Origin: an uncultured virus (IMG/VR IMGVR_UViG_3300042393_000573)
Lineage: Duplodnaviria > Heunggongvirae > Uroviricota > Caudoviricetes
Virus record (IMG/VR): IMGVR_UViG_3300042393_000573
Location: 1-64,000 of that record
Reading direction: 5' to 3' (one strand)
Length of the DNA: 64,000 nucleotides
Part shown: positions 1 through 10,006 of the stretch, in pieces
Layout: each line of letters opens with the position of its first letter
How positions within the stretch are numbered: the stretch's first letter is position 1
Program-made: the position numbers and the translations under genes
Notes under the pieces: model-generated
What the model was told of the DNA's origin: nothing
Database searches by the model: none
Seen by the model: only the letters and a program-made list of their open reading frames with translations

Positions 1-2331
1 AAGGGTCCTGATAAAGAACTTGCAAAGGCTGCATTAGAAGGTTTGGTAGAAAGAGGTTTGTCAGAAAACCAAGAGTATCTTGACAGACTTGAAGAAGAGT
101 TAAAGATTATTAAGGATAAAAAGTTTGCTCCATATTTCCTTGTTGTAAGTAACATGATCAACTGGGCAAAGAAGGAAGAGATTATGGTTGGCCCAGGTCG
201 TGGTTCTTCTGCTGGTTCTCTTGTCTGTTATGCATTAAAGATTACAGACATTGATCCTATTGAGCACAATCTTTTGTTTTTCCGTTTTATTAATCCAGAA
301 CGTAATGACTTCCCAGATATTGATACAGATATTCAGGATACTCGTCGTGAAGAAGTTAAAGACTATCTTGTTAGACAGTATCGACATGTTGCATCTATTG
401 CTACCTTCCTTGAGTTTACTGGCAAGGGAATTGTTAGAGATGTTTCACGAGTATTAAATATTCCTTTATCAGATGTTAATAAGGTTTTAAAAACTGTAGA
501 CTCCTGGGATGATTTCTGCACATCAAAATCAACATATGAATTTCGTCAAAAGTATCCAGAAGTAGAAGTCTATGGAGAACAACTTCGTGGTCGCATTCGT
601 GGTACAGGTATTCACGCAGCAGGCGTAGTAACAAGCAAAGAGCCAATCTTTAGATACGCACCACTTGAAACAAGATCGTCTACTGGTTCTGATGAAAGAA
701 TTCCTGTAGTTGGTGTTGATATGGAAGAGGCTGAAAGAATTGGTTTAATTAAAATTGATGCTTTAGGTCTTAAAACTTTGTCTGTTCTTAAAAATACAAT
801 TGACATAATTAAAGAGCGAGATGGAAAAAAGATTGACCTTCTTAAGATTAAGATGGACGATGCAAATGTTTATCAGATGCTTTCTGATGGATACACAAAA
901 GGAGTCTTCCAATGTGAAGCAGCACCATACACAAACCTTCTTGTTAAGATGGGAGTTAAGAACCTAAATGAACTAGCAGCGTCTAATGCTCTTGTTCGTC
1001 CAGGTGCAATGAATACTATTGGAAAAGACTATGTTGATCGTAAGCATGGTCGTCAAAATATATCTTATACACACCAAGTATTAAAAGAATTTACGGAGGA
1101 CACTTATGGTTGTATTCTTTACCAAGAACAAGTTATGCAAGCATGCGTACACCTTGGCGGTATGTCCATGTCGGAAGCAGATAAAGTTAGAAAGATCATT
1201 GGAAAGAAAAAAGATGCTAAAGAATTTGATCAGTTTAAAGAGAAGTTCGTAGAGGGTGCATCAAAGTTTATCTCTCCTAACCTTGCTCGTGATTTATGGC
1301 ATGACTTTGAGGCTCACGCAGGGTACTCATTTAACAAGTCTCACGCAGTAGCATACTCAACGCTATCCTATTGGACAGCATGGCTAAAGTATTATTACCC
1401 ACTTGAGTTTATGTACTCAGTGCTAAAAAATGAAAAGGACAAAGATGCAAGAACTGAATACCTTATTGAAGCAAAAAGAATGGGCATTAGCGTTAAGTTA
1501 CCTCACATTAACGATTCGGATATTGATTTTAAGATTGAGGGTAAAGGCATTCGGTTTGGACTCAGTGCTATCAAGTTCATATCTGACAAAATTGGTGAAA
1601 GATACATATCTGCACGACCATTCAATTCGTACAAAGAACTTGAGGAATTTACATTTACCAAAGGAAATGGAGTAAACAGTCGTGCACTCCAAGCACTAAG
1701 AGCAATAGGCGCAGCAACCTTTAATGATAATCCTAGAAATGATCAGGAGATTAAAGAGAACCTATATGAATACTTAAACCTTCCAGAGTTTAATATTACT
1801 ATTCCTTCTCATTACTATGCATTTATTCAGGACATTGTTGACTTTGAAGAAAAAGGATCATACATTTTTATGGGTATGGTAAAATCAATTAAGCGAGGAA
1901 CAGGATGGTCACGAGTTGAAGTTTTGGACAAAACTGGCAGTGTCGGTATATTTGACGATGAAAATACGATTATTGAGACAGGTCGTTCTTATCTGCTTTT
2001 GTGTAATGACAACAGGATTGTTTCTTTCATACCTTCAGATGAAATAAAAGAATCATCTCACGCACTTGTAAAGTTCTTAAGTTACAAGCAGTTACCATAT
2101 AAAGATGATGAAATGTTTGTAGTTTCTTTTAAACCAAGAATTACAAAGACAGGAAAAAAAATGGCATCTCTGACACTTGCAGATACAAGCAGAGACTTGC
2201 ATTCTATTACAGTTTTCCCTACATCATTTGCAAAAGCATACATGCACATTGAAGAAGGAAAATCTTATAAGTTTGATTTTGGAAAGACAAAAGACGGAAC
2301 AGTAACATTGGAGGATGTACATGTCGGTTAG
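1..2331 (+). CDS. dnaE: DNA polymerase III alpha subunit (5' end outside window)
   Basis: GPGRGSSAGS, FPDIDTD, GIHAAG, GVFQCE and YSFNKSHA motifs; frame is open from base 1. Confidence 0.95.
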   Translation, partial: KGPDKELAKAALEGLVERGLSENQEYLDRLEEELKIIKDKKFAPYFLVVSNMINWAKKEEIMVGPGRGSSAGSLVCYALKITDIDPIEHNLLFFRFINPERNDFPDIDTDIQDTRREEVKDYLVRQYRHVASIATFLEFTGKGIVRDVSRVLNIPLSDVNKVLKTVDSWDDFCTSKSTYEFRQKYPEVEVYGEQLRGRIRGTGIHAAGVVTSKEPIFRYAPLETRSSTGSDERIPVVGVDMEEAERIGLIKIDALGLKTLSVLKNTIDIIKERDGKKIDLLKIKMDDANVYQMLSDGYTKGVFQCEAAPYTNLLVKMGVKNLNELAASNALVRPGAMNTIGKDYVDRKHGRQNISYTHQVLKEFTEDTYGCILYQEQVMQACVHLGGMSMSEADKVRKIIGKKKDAKEFDQFKEKFVEGASKFISPNLARDLWHDFEAHAGYSFNKSHAVAYSTLSYWTAWLKYYYPLEFMYSVLKNEKDKDARTEYLIEAKRMGISVKLPHINDSDIDFKIEGKGIRFGLSAIKFISDKIGERYISARPFNSYKELEEFTFTKGNGVNSRALQALRAIGAATFNDNPRNDQEIKENLYEYLNLPEFNITIPSHYYAFIQDIVDFEEKGSYIFMGMVKSIKRGTGWSRVEVLDKTGSVGIFDDENTIIETGRSYLLLCNDNRIVSFIPSDEIKESSHALVKFLSYKQLPYKDDEMFVVSFKPRITKTGKKMASLTLADTSRDLHSITVFPTSFAKAYMHIEEGKSYKFDFGKTKDGTVTLEDVHVG

Positions 2332-3331
2332 TATAGAAGAGGCTTTAGCACAACTTGATCCTAAGTTAAGAAAGAGATTAGGCAGTGGGGTTGGTATTAG
2401 TTATGAGTATCAGCCAACACCAAGTTATGGTTTAAACCGTGCTCTAGGAGGAGGTTTGCCATATGGTAGACAAGTTCTTATTTGGGGGTCTAAGTCTTCT
2501 GCAAAGTCCTCTATGTGCCTTCAGATGATTGCTTTAGCACAGGCAGAAGGAAAATTATGTGCGTGGATTGATTCAGAAATGTCATACTCAGAAGAGTGGG
2601 CTAGAACTCTTGGGGTAGATCCAGAAAAATTAATCTACTCACAAGCAAGAACTATTAGTGACATGGTAGATGTAGGTGTTGGATTAATGAACGCTGGTGT
2701 TGACTTAATCGTGGTAGACTCTATTACATCAATGCTTCCAGCAATCTATTTTGAAAAAGATACAGATGAGATGAAGGCATTAGAAAATACAAAGCAGATT
2801 GGGGCAGAATCTCGTGACTTTAGTAACGCATGGAAAATGCTTAATTATGCTAACAACAAGGTTAAGCCTACTCTTCTTGTTCTTATTTCCCAGTCTCGCA
2901 ATAATATTAACGCTATGTATACTAGCCAGCAGCCTTCTGGTGGTCAGGCTACTAAGTTTTATTCTTCTTGCATTGTTAAGTTATTTAGTTCCGAGTCAGA
3001 CAATCAAGCGATTAAAGGAAAGATTAAGGTAGGAGACAAATTAATTGAAGAAAAAATTGGTAGAACTATTAAATGGGAACTCCAGTTCTCAAAAACCTCC
3101 CCAGGGTTTCAATCTGGCGAGTATGATTTTTATTTTAGAGGTAATAATATTGGTCTTGACACCATCGGTGATCTTGTTACTACTGCTGAATTAAATGGTA
3201 TCGTAGAGCGTACAGGTGCATGGTACATTCTTCCTGATGGATCAAAAGTCCAAGGCAAAGAGGCATTTGTTAATCGTGTAAGAGAGGATCTTGATTTGCA
3301 AGAATCAATCAAGGCAAAACTCAGTGGCTAA
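2321..3331 (+). CDS. recA: RecA-like recombinase
   Basis: LGGGLPYGR, variant Walker A GSKSSAKS, WIDSE, IVVDSI, GGQATKFY; SD GGAGG before ATG 2321. Confidence 0.9.
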   Translation: MSVSIEEALAQLDPKLRKRLGSGVGISYEYQPTPSYGLNRALGGGLPYGRQVLIWGSKSSAKSSMCLQMIALAQAEGKLCAWIDSEMSYSEEWARTLGVDPEKLIYSQARTISDMVDVGVGLMNAGVDLIVVDSITSMLPAIYFEKDTDEMKALENTKQIGAESRDFSNAWKMLNYANNKVKPTLLVLISQSRNNINAMYTSQQPSGGQATKFYSSCIVKLFSSESDNQAIKGKIKVGDKLIEEKIGRTIKWELQFSKTSPGFQSGEYDFYFRGNNIGLDTIGDLVTTAELNGIVERTGAWYILPDGSKVQGKEAFVNRVREDLDLQESIKAKLSG

Positions 3332-3500
3332 CTTTACTGTTTACAATGGAAAGTTTATTTGTCATGAATGCAAAAATGATGTTAGATCTCTAAGGCTATA
3401 CCCAGAAACAAAAACAGCAACATGGATGTGTCCAAATAAACATCTTAGTACAGTTAAGTTTGGCAAGCAGAAATACAAAGGCAATGACAGAGAAGAGTGA
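3324..3500 (+). CDS. small zinc-ribbon protein
   Basis: CHEC...CPNKH; overlaps recA stop. Confidence 0.6.
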   Translation: MANFTVYNGKFICHECKNDVRSLRLYPETKTATWMCPNKHLSTVKFGKQKYKGNDREE

Positions 3501-3765
3501 GTCCAAGAGGATAGGTGCTAAACAGCACAAGAACTCTGGACGTAATACTCAAAAAGGAGATGCATCTTGGAAAAACTTTGTTGTAGACTTTAAAGAGGTC
3601 GGAAAATCTTTTACATTAAATAAAGAGGTTTGGGCAAAGGCTACTACCGATGCCATGAAGAACGGAAAGGACCCAGCCATAGTAGTCGTAATGGGCGAGG
3701 GTAACTCTAAAGTAAGACTTGCTATAATTGAGATGAGTATATTAGAAGATCTAGTGGAGGAATAA
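3484..3765 (+). CDS. Holliday-junction resolvase-like PD-(D/E)xK nuclease
   Basis: E..NSGR..KGD..VDFK pattern; lies after recA. Confidence 0.6.
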   Translation: MTEKSESKRIGAKQHKNSGRNTQKGDASWKNFVVDFKEVGKSFTLNKEVWAKATTDAMKNGKDPAIVVVMGEGNSKVRLAIIEMSILEDLVEE

Positions 3766-4070
3766 TGGAACAACAACAAACAACTATAGATATGGTAAAT
3801 GGTTTGGCAGAGATTGCAGACTACATGCAAGATGAGGAGTTGACTACTGCTTTAACATTTATTGCTAAGATAATTATTAAGCCAGACATTCCTTTAAATG
3901 TAGCACATATAGAGATTGTAAGACTTCAAGCAATAGCAGCAAAGATGGCATTTAAGGCAACATGGATGGCTAATGTTGACAAATCAGATCGCGGCAAAAA
4001 GAATCTTTATTATACGGCAGCAGAGTCGTTAAATAACTTGGTGTCTGCACTAAAGTACATAACCCGATAA
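3765..4070 (+). CDS. hypothetical protein
   Basis: TAATG-coupled ORF with GGAGG SD. Confidence 0.7.
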   Translation: MEQQQTTIDMVNGLAEIADYMQDEELTTALTFIAKIIIKPDIPLNVAHIEIVRLQAIAAKMAFKATWMANVDKSDRGKKNLYYTAAESLNNLVSALKYITR

Positions 4071-4101
4071 TCTGCTATACTTATACTAATAGAAACGAGA
4101 A

Positions 4102-4920
4102 ATGATGACAAAAAATTTATTGCATACGGTAATGATAAAGCCAGAAGAAAAGCCAATTCATCCTATAGATATAGCAGGGCTTGAGGCAAAGATTAAAGAA
4201 GGCTATACGATTACTCGTGTAGATAAGCATACAACAAAAAAGACTTTTGCTCCATCAACTATTGCTTACGGGCACGGAGAATGTGCTAGATATTGGTATC
4301 TTGCTTTTGACGGTCAGATGTTTGAAGACAACGCAGATGCTTATGGTGCAGCCAACATGACTGCAGGAACACTATCACATGCACGAATTCAAAATGCAAT
4401 GTTGAACGCTGGAATGGTAAAAGTTTATCGTGATGAGAATAACGAAGCCACTACAGAGTTTAAAATTATAAATCAAGATCCCCCTATCTTTGGATATGGC
4501 GATGTTATGTTTGATTGGCAAGGCCAAGAACTCATTGGTGAAATTAAAACAATGATGAACGAAGGATTCGAGTATAGAAAGGCATCTGGTAAGGCCAAGA
4601 ATGGTCACCTAATGCAGTTACTTATCTATATGAAAATCTTAAAGAGACCAGTTGGTGTAATGATTTATGAAAATAAAAATAATCATGAACTCCTTTTGAT
4701 CCCTGTAGATGTAAACGATCATTACCGTCGGTGGGTAGACCAGGCATTTGATTGGATGAGATTAGTTCGCAAGACATGGGAAGACAGAACCCTGCCAAAC
4801 AAAAACTATAGATCAAACTCCAAGATATGCAAGTCATGCCCAATTAAAAAAGCATGTGAGTCTGCAGGTCCAGGCGTGTTAAAAATAGCACCCTTGGAGA
4901 TTCTCGGTGAACAATTGTAA
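4102..4920 (+). CDS. Cas4-like / PD-(D/E)xK exonuclease
   Basis: CARY, GDV..GEIKT, QLLIY and CKSCP..C (Fe-S ligand pattern). Confidence 0.8.
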   Translation: MMTKNLLHTVMIKPEEKPIHPIDIAGLEAKIKEGYTITRVDKHTTKKTFAPSTIAYGHGECARYWYLAFDGQMFEDNADAYGAANMTAGTLSHARIQNAMLNAGMVKVYRDENNEATTEFKIINQDPPIFGYGDVMFDWQGQELIGEIKTMMNEGFEYRKASGKAKNGHLMQLLIYMKILKRPVGVMIYENKNNHELLLIPVDVNDHYRRWVDQAFDWMRLVRKTWEDRTLPNKNYRSNSKICKSCPIKKACESAGPGVLKIAPLEILGEQL

Positions 4921-5191
4921 ATGCTGCGACAATCAGTTTGAGCCCACTGTATCTTATCAGATATATTGCTCTCCACACTGTAGAGATATCGCAACAAAAG
5001 AAAAAATTGCAATAAGATATGTGCAATCAAAAAGGCAAAAAAGAAAGGGAAAAACAAGACTTTGCAAGTCATGTTTAACTCCACTTTCTATATACAATGA
5101 TGACTTAGTTTGTTCATCTTGCAGTATAAATCCTGATGCAGTTATCAAAGCAATTAAACAGATAAAAGGAAAAACAAATGGTAAAAAATAA
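4907..5191 (+). CDS. Cys-rich zinc-finger protein
   Basis: CKCC, YCSPHC, CKSC, CSSC. Confidence 0.6.
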   Translation: MNNCKCCDNQFEPTVSYQIYCSPHCRDIATKEKIAIRYVQSKRQKRKGKTRLCKSCLTPLSIYNDDLVCSSCSINPDAVIKAIKQIKGKTNGKK

Positions 5192-5768
5192 GTGGGGGCT
5201 AGAGGTTAAGCCACATACAATTTGCGCTATTGATGCCAGTACTAACAGCATGGCATTTTCTTTGTTTAATGGTGAAGATCTTGGTGTTGTTGGTAAAATT
5301 AATTTTGAAGGAAACAATACCTATGAAAAAGTTATGGATGCAGGTAAAAAAATAAAAGCATTCTTTGATTACTATGGTGGGTTTGAAGCAATTATTATTG
5401 AGCATACAGTGTTTATGAATAGTCCAAAAACGGCTGCCGACCTTGCTTTAGTTCAAGGAGCAATTCTTGGCGCAGCAGGGCAATCTGGAACTAAAGTAAT
5501 CGGAACGGTTTCACCAATCACTTGGCAAAACTATATAGGTAATAAAAAAATATCAAAAGATGAGCAGGTTGTTATAAGGTATCAACACCCAGCAAAATCT
5601 ATTTCTTGGTATAAGGCTTACGAAAGAAATCTACGTAAAGAAAGAACAATAAAATTTATTAATACAATCTATGATAGAACTATTACTGATAACGATGTTG
5701 CAGATGCTTGTGGCATTGGTCATTGGGCTGTAAAAAACTGGGGGAAAGCAATTGGAGTTGACAAATAA
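5178..5768 (+). CDS. RuvC-like resolvase
   Basis: AIDAS, IIIE and DVADACGI acidic motifs. Confidence 0.8.
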   Translation: MVKNKWGLEVKPHTICAIDASTNSMAFSLFNGEDLGVVGKINFEGNNTYEKVMDAGKKIKAFFDYYGGFEAIIIEHTVFMNSPKTAADLALVQGAILGAAGQSGTKVIGTVSPITWQNYIGNKKISKDEQVVIRYQHPAKSISWYKAYERNLRKERTIKFINTIYDRTITDNDVADACGIGHWAVKNWGKAIGVDK

Positions 5769-5772
5769 TATT

Positions 5773-5928
5773 ATGGCTGCTAAACTATATACAAGTGAAA
5801 CTTTTATGCGTAAGCGTTACCTTATGGATAAAAAGACGCCAGAGGAAATTGCAAAGGAGTGTGGGTGTTCATTGGAAACTATCTATGTATACCTTGCTAA
5901 ATTTGGATTAAGGAAATCAAGACGATGA
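5773..5928 (+). CDS. small HTH DNA-binding protein (not in ORF track)
   Basis: MAAKLYTSETFMRKRYLMDKKTPEEIAKECGCSLETIYVYLAKFGL. Confidence 0.7.
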   Translation: MAAKLYTSETFMRKRYLMDKKTPEEIAKECGCSLETIYVYLAKFGLRKSRR

Positions 5929-6062
5929 GTAAAGTTGAAAAAGCATTTATAGCACTTGCTATAGCAGGTACTGTTGGTTTTGCTTTTGCGTTTGCTGCGC
6001 TAAAAGGAATTCCAGAAGTATTTGATTGGGATCTAGAAGAGGAGATAGATGATGAGTTCTGA
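5925..6062 (+). CDS. small membrane protein (not in ORF track)
   Basis: ATGA overlap; one hydrophobic helix followed by an acidic tail. Confidence 0.5.
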   Translation: MSKVEKAFIALAIAGTVGFAFAFAALKGIPEVFDWDLEEEIDDEF

Positions 6063-6324
6063 GACACAGTTCACCATTGGTCAAGTTTGTGATGAGATTA
6101 AGGACATGCTTATTACAAAAAATAAATCCTACGGAGACTCAGCACTAAACCCAGTTCGTATTTTTTCTATTTCTGATAACATTGAACAGTTACATGTTCG
6201 AATTGATGACAAACTGTCTAGAATTACTAGAGGTGGATCATTCATTGGTGACAATGATATTGACGATTTGATTGGCTATCTTATACTATTAAAAATAGCA
6301 AGGGAGTTAAAACATGTCAACTGA
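6049..6324 (+). CDS. Nmad1/DUF1599-like nucleotide-modification-associated protein
   Basis: KNKSYGDS..RIDDKLSRI..DLIGY. Confidence 0.65.
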   Translation: MMSSETQFTIGQVCDEIKDMLITKNKSYGDSALNPVRIFSISDNIEQLHVRIDDKLSRITRGGSFIGDNDIDDLIGYLILLKIARELKHVN

Positions 6325-6850
6325 AGAAGATCTAGTTAAGCACCTTGATCAAGTAAATCAAGTTGTAGAAGAATACCTAAAAGGCAATGACCCAACTGTA
6401 ATATCAAAACAACTTGCAATACCAAGACAAAGAGTTGTGACATTAATTAACGAATGGAAAGTCATGGCATCTGCTAATGATGCTATTCGTGCCCGTGCTA
6501 AAGAGGCACTTGCTGCTGCAGACACACATTACAGTAAGTTGGTTTCTCGTACATACGAAGTTATTGATGAAGCATCCATGACTAATAACCTTAGCGCAAA
6601 GACTGCTGCAATTAAACTTGTAATGGATATTGAGTCTAAGCGTATTGATATGCTACAAAAGGCTGGTCTTCTTGAGAACAAAGAACTTGCAGAAGAAATG
6701 ATGGAGATTGAGCGACGCCAAGAGGTTCTTGTTTTAATATTAAAAGATATTGCATCTGAGTATCCACAGGTTCGTGATGAGATAATGCGTAGACTTTCTT
6801 CGTTTGCAAAAGACAACGAGGTGATTACGGTTGTCCACGACATTCAATGA
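6314..6850 (+). CDS. putative terminase small subunit / HTH protein
   Basis: N-terminal HTH-like segment, helical body, overlaps the large terminase gene. Confidence 0.5.
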   Translation: MSTEEDLVKHLDQVNQVVEEYLKGNDPTVISKQLAIPRQRVVTLINEWKVMASANDAIRARAKEALAAADTHYSKLVSRTYEVIDEASMTNNLSAKTAAIKLVMDIESKRIDMLQKAGLLENKELAEEMMEIERRQEVLVLILKDIASEYPQVRDEIMRRLSSFAKDNEVITVVHDIQ

Positions 6851-8627
6851 TTTTCTTGAAGTGCTTAAAGATAACCATTTTCAAGAGACACCTGTAAATG
6901 CAAGAACATTTGTTGAGGGCGAAAAATACTTAGGTCAGCCTCCACTTTCTGATATTCAGTACGATATTGTAGAAGCAATGAGTCAGATATATCGCAAAGA
7001 AGATCTCATTGATATAATGGGAGAAGAAGAAGGCATAAGATACTTTGATAAATATACTAAGAATGAGATTATTCTGCAACTTGGCAAGGGATCTGGTAAA
7101 GACTTTGTATCTACAGTATCGTGTGCATATATTGTATATAAACTATTATGTTTAAAAGACCCAGCAAAGTATTTTGGTAAGCCGTCAGGAGATGCCATTG
7201 ACTTAATCAATGTGGCTATTAACGCACAGCAGGCTAAGAATGTTTTCTTTAAAGGTTTTAAATCAAAGATTGAAAAATCCCCATGGTTTGCTGGAAAGTA
7301 TTATGCAAAAGCAGACTCAGTTGAGTTTGATAAGTCTATAACTGTTTACTCTGGACACTCAGAAAGAGAATCCCATGAGGGGTTAAACCTTCTTCTTGCA
7401 GTTCTTGATGAGATCTCTGGATTTGCATCTGAAGTTGGAACAGGTAACGAACAAGGAAAAACTGCTGAGAATATCTACAAGGCTTTCCGTGGATCAGTAG
7501 ACTCTCGTTTCCCAGACCTTGGCAAAGTTGTTTTGCTTTCATTCCCAAGATACCCAGGAGACTATATCTCAGAGAAATACGACGCAGTTGTTGCTGAGAA
7601 AGAAGTAATTGAAAGAACACACGAGTTTATTATTAATCCACTGCTACCTGATACAGACCCAAACAATAAGTTTGAAATTTCCTGGGATGAAGACCACATC
7701 ATCTCATACAAATACCCAGGAGTCTTTGCACTAAAAAGACCTACATGGGAAGTAAACCCAACAAGACAGATTGATGATTTTAAGATTGCTTTTATGACTG
7801 ACCTTGGAGATGCAATGATGCGCTTTACATGCGTACCAACTTTTGCTTCTGATGCATTCTTTAAGCAGCACGAAAAGGTTAGATCTTGTATGACACTTAG
7901 AAACCCTGTAGATAACTTTAGAAGGTTTGATGAAGCATTTAAACCAGATCCAACTAAGAAATATTATGTACACGCTGACCTTGCCCAGAAGCACGATAAG
8001 TGTGCTGTTGCTATTGCACATGTAGAAAAATGGGTAAACATACAAGTCATTAATAACTATGAACAAGTAGCACCAATTGTAGTAGTAGATGCAGTAGCAT
8101 GGTGGGAACCAAAGATTGAAGGCCCAGTTAATCTTTCAGAAGTTAAACAATGGATTCAGAACCTTAGAAGAATAGGGTTTGATATTGGAATGGTTTCCTT
8201 TGACCGTTGGCAATCATTTGATATTCAAAATGAACTAAAGCAAGTAGGAATGAATACTGATACTGTTTCTGTTGCTAAAAAACATTATGAAGATATGGCT
8301 ATGCTTGTATACGAGGAAAGACTTGCTATGCCTGCAATTGATTTATTATTTGATGAACTAACACAATTAAAGATTATGAAAAATGACAGAGTTGACCACC
8401 CCCGCAAAAAGTCAAAGGACTTGGCTGATGCTGTGTGTGGAGCAATATTTGGGGCAATATCACATACTCCAAAAAATATAGACACTGAAGTAGAGGTTCA
8501 CACCTTTAAAGACAGACCAAAGACTCCAGAAGAGCAATTTGACCTGGATAGTCGCAATGTGATACAATATAAACCTAGCCAAATAAAAGACATCGAAGAT
8601 TATTTGGATGGACTAAAAACACTATAA
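6831..8627 (+). CDS. terL: terminase large subunit
   Basis: Walker A GKGSGKD, Walker B VLDE, nuclease HADLA...KDLADA. Confidence 0.88.
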   Translation: MSTTFNDFLEVLKDNHFQETPVNARTFVEGEKYLGQPPLSDIQYDIVEAMSQIYRKEDLIDIMGEEEGIRYFDKYTKNEIILQLGKGSGKDFVSTVSCAYIVYKLLCLKDPAKYFGKPSGDAIDLINVAINAQQAKNVFFKGFKSKIEKSPWFAGKYYAKADSVEFDKSITVYSGHSERESHEGLNLLLAVLDEISGFASEVGTGNEQGKTAENIYKAFRGSVDSRFPDLGKVVLLSFPRYPGDYISEKYDAVVAEKEVIERTHEFIINPLLPDTDPNNKFEISWDEDHIISYKYPGVFALKRPTWEVNPTRQIDDFKIAFMTDLGDAMMRFTCVPTFASDAFFKQHEKVRSCMTLRNPVDNFRRFDEAFKPDPTKKYYVHADLAQKHDKCAVAIAHVEKWVNIQVINNYEQVAPIVVVDAVAWWEPKIEGPVNLSEVKQWIQNLRRIGFDIGMVSFDRWQSFDIQNELKQVGMNTDTVSVAKKHYEDMAMLVYEERLAMPAIDLLFDELTQLKIMKNDRVDHPRKKSKDLADAVCGAIFGAISHTPKNIDTEVEVHTFKDRPKTPEEQFDLDSRNVIQYKPSQIKDIEDYLDGLKTL

Positions 8628-8647
8628 ATAGAAAAGGAATACATTAA

Positions 8648-9826
8648 ATGAACTCATTTAAGAAAATCGCCCTAGCCATGGTTGCAGCCATGACTCTGGG
8701 CACAATCGTGGCAACGCCTGCAAACGCTGCTGTAATGACAGTCGCAGTAACTCTTGGAGCAAGTAACACAGATAAGTCATCTGCTTCAGCAATTGCTACG
8801 CCTGCTTCATTGCCAGTACCTGCAGACAACACAATTGACGTTGCTGACGCACTAAAGTTTGTCGCAACAGTTGACACAGGAACAGTAGTTTCTGTAGTAG
8901 CAACAAATGCAACAATCGTGTCTGCACTACACACAACTGCTGCACCAGTAGGAGCAACATCAGGATCTTCATCTTTGACAGTTGCAACTGGTACAGGAAC
9001 AACAGCAACTTTTTATGTCTACACAAAGACAACAGCAATTGGTACAGTTGTAATCACCAACGGTGGAACAACTCTTACTTACTACGTACAGGGTACTGCT
9101 GGTTTAATTAATAACCTAACAGTTTCTGCTCCAGTATCTGGTGCTGCTGGAACAAAGCAAGATATTTTAGTTACAGCAACAGACGTATTTGGCAACAAGG
9201 TGTCTGCACCAACTACTGGTACGTCAATTACTGCAACAGTATTTGCTGCAACAGCAACACTTGCTTCAGCAACAGCAACAACTGGTATTACACTTTCAGA
9301 TTTTGGAGTTGCAAAGTTTACTGCAACGCTTCCAACAACTGGTACACGAGCACTAATCATGTTTGCTCCAACAACTGCTGGCGAAGCAACAACTGCTGAT
9401 GTAGTTGGTTTAACTGCTCGCACACTAGCACCTTTTGCAGAAATTACAGTTCGTGATCTAGTATCAGAACTTGCTGCCGAAAAGTCTGCTAAGGATGCTG
9501 CACTTGCTGCTAAGGCAATTTCAGATGCTGCAGTCGTAAAGGCTGCTTCAGATGCTGTTGCTGCTAAGGCTGCTTCAGATGCTGCTCTTGCAGCAGAGAA
9601 GGCTGCTTCTGTAAAGGCACTTGCTGATGCAAAGGCTGTTTCAGATAAGGCTGCACTTGATGCAAAGACTGCTTCAGATGCAGTTGTTCTTGCTAAGGAT
9701 GCAACAATTGCTAAGTTAACAGCAGATAATGCTGCTGCACTTAAGGCAATTAAGACTGCTTTCAATGCACTTGCAAAGAAGTGGAATGCAAAGAATCCAA
9801 AGGCAAAGGTTACTTACATTAAGTAA
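8648..9826 (+). CDS. secreted Ala/Thr-rich surface protein with C-terminal Ala-rich coiled coil
   Basis: signal peptide MNSFKKIALAMVAA...PANA; repeated AAKAASDA units. Confidence 0.65.
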   Translation: MNSFKKIALAMVAAMTLGTIVATPANAAVMTVAVTLGASNTDKSSASAIATPASLPVPADNTIDVADALKFVATVDTGTVVSVVATNATIVSALHTTAAPVGATSGSSSLTVATGTGTTATFYVYTKTTAIGTVVITNGGTTLTYYVQGTAGLINNLTVSAPVSGAAGTKQDILVTATDVFGNKVSAPTTGTSITATVFAATATLASATATTGITLSDFGVAKFTATLPTTGTRALIMFAPTTAGEATTADVVGLTARTLAPFAEITVRDLVSELAAEKSAKDAALAAKAISDAAVVKAASDAVAAKAASDAALAAEKAASVKALADAKAVSDKAALDAKTASDAVVLAKDATIAKLTADNAAALKAIKTAFNALAKKWNAKNPKAKVTYIK

Positions 9827-9841
9827 TTAGTCCAACAATTG

Positions 9842-9873
9842 GGGGGATTGGCTTAACGCTAGTCCCCCTTTTT
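9842..9873 (+). terminator. intrinsic terminator
   Basis: GGGGGATTGGC-TTAAC-GCTAGTCCCCC then T5. Confidence 0.8.
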
Positions 9874-10006
9874 GTGGAATAAAATAATATAAAAATTGTA
9901 TATGATATAATTATAATATGGCAATAAAATATTTTGTGTATAAAGTTATATTTAAAATAAAAAATATTTTTAAGAAAAATAAAAATAAGAATAGGTTCAT
10001 ATACTA

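Noticed and set aside
1065..1073. DnaA-box match TTATACACA
   Set aside because: Single copy inside dnaE coding sequence; likely chance
4102..4920. CRISPR-Cas system suggested by the Cas4-like gene
   Set aside because: No repeat-spacer array or other cas genes; solo Cas4-like nucleases are usual in phage recombination modules
1..8627. Inteins or introns in dnaE, recA or terL
   Set aside because: Frames are continuous and of normal length, with no splice motifs in the visible part
9082..9765. 227-aa minus-strand ORF, and similar shadow ORFs (13504, 15106, 60706, 60710)
   Set aside because: Antisense or off-frame products of biased codon use and repeats in real genes
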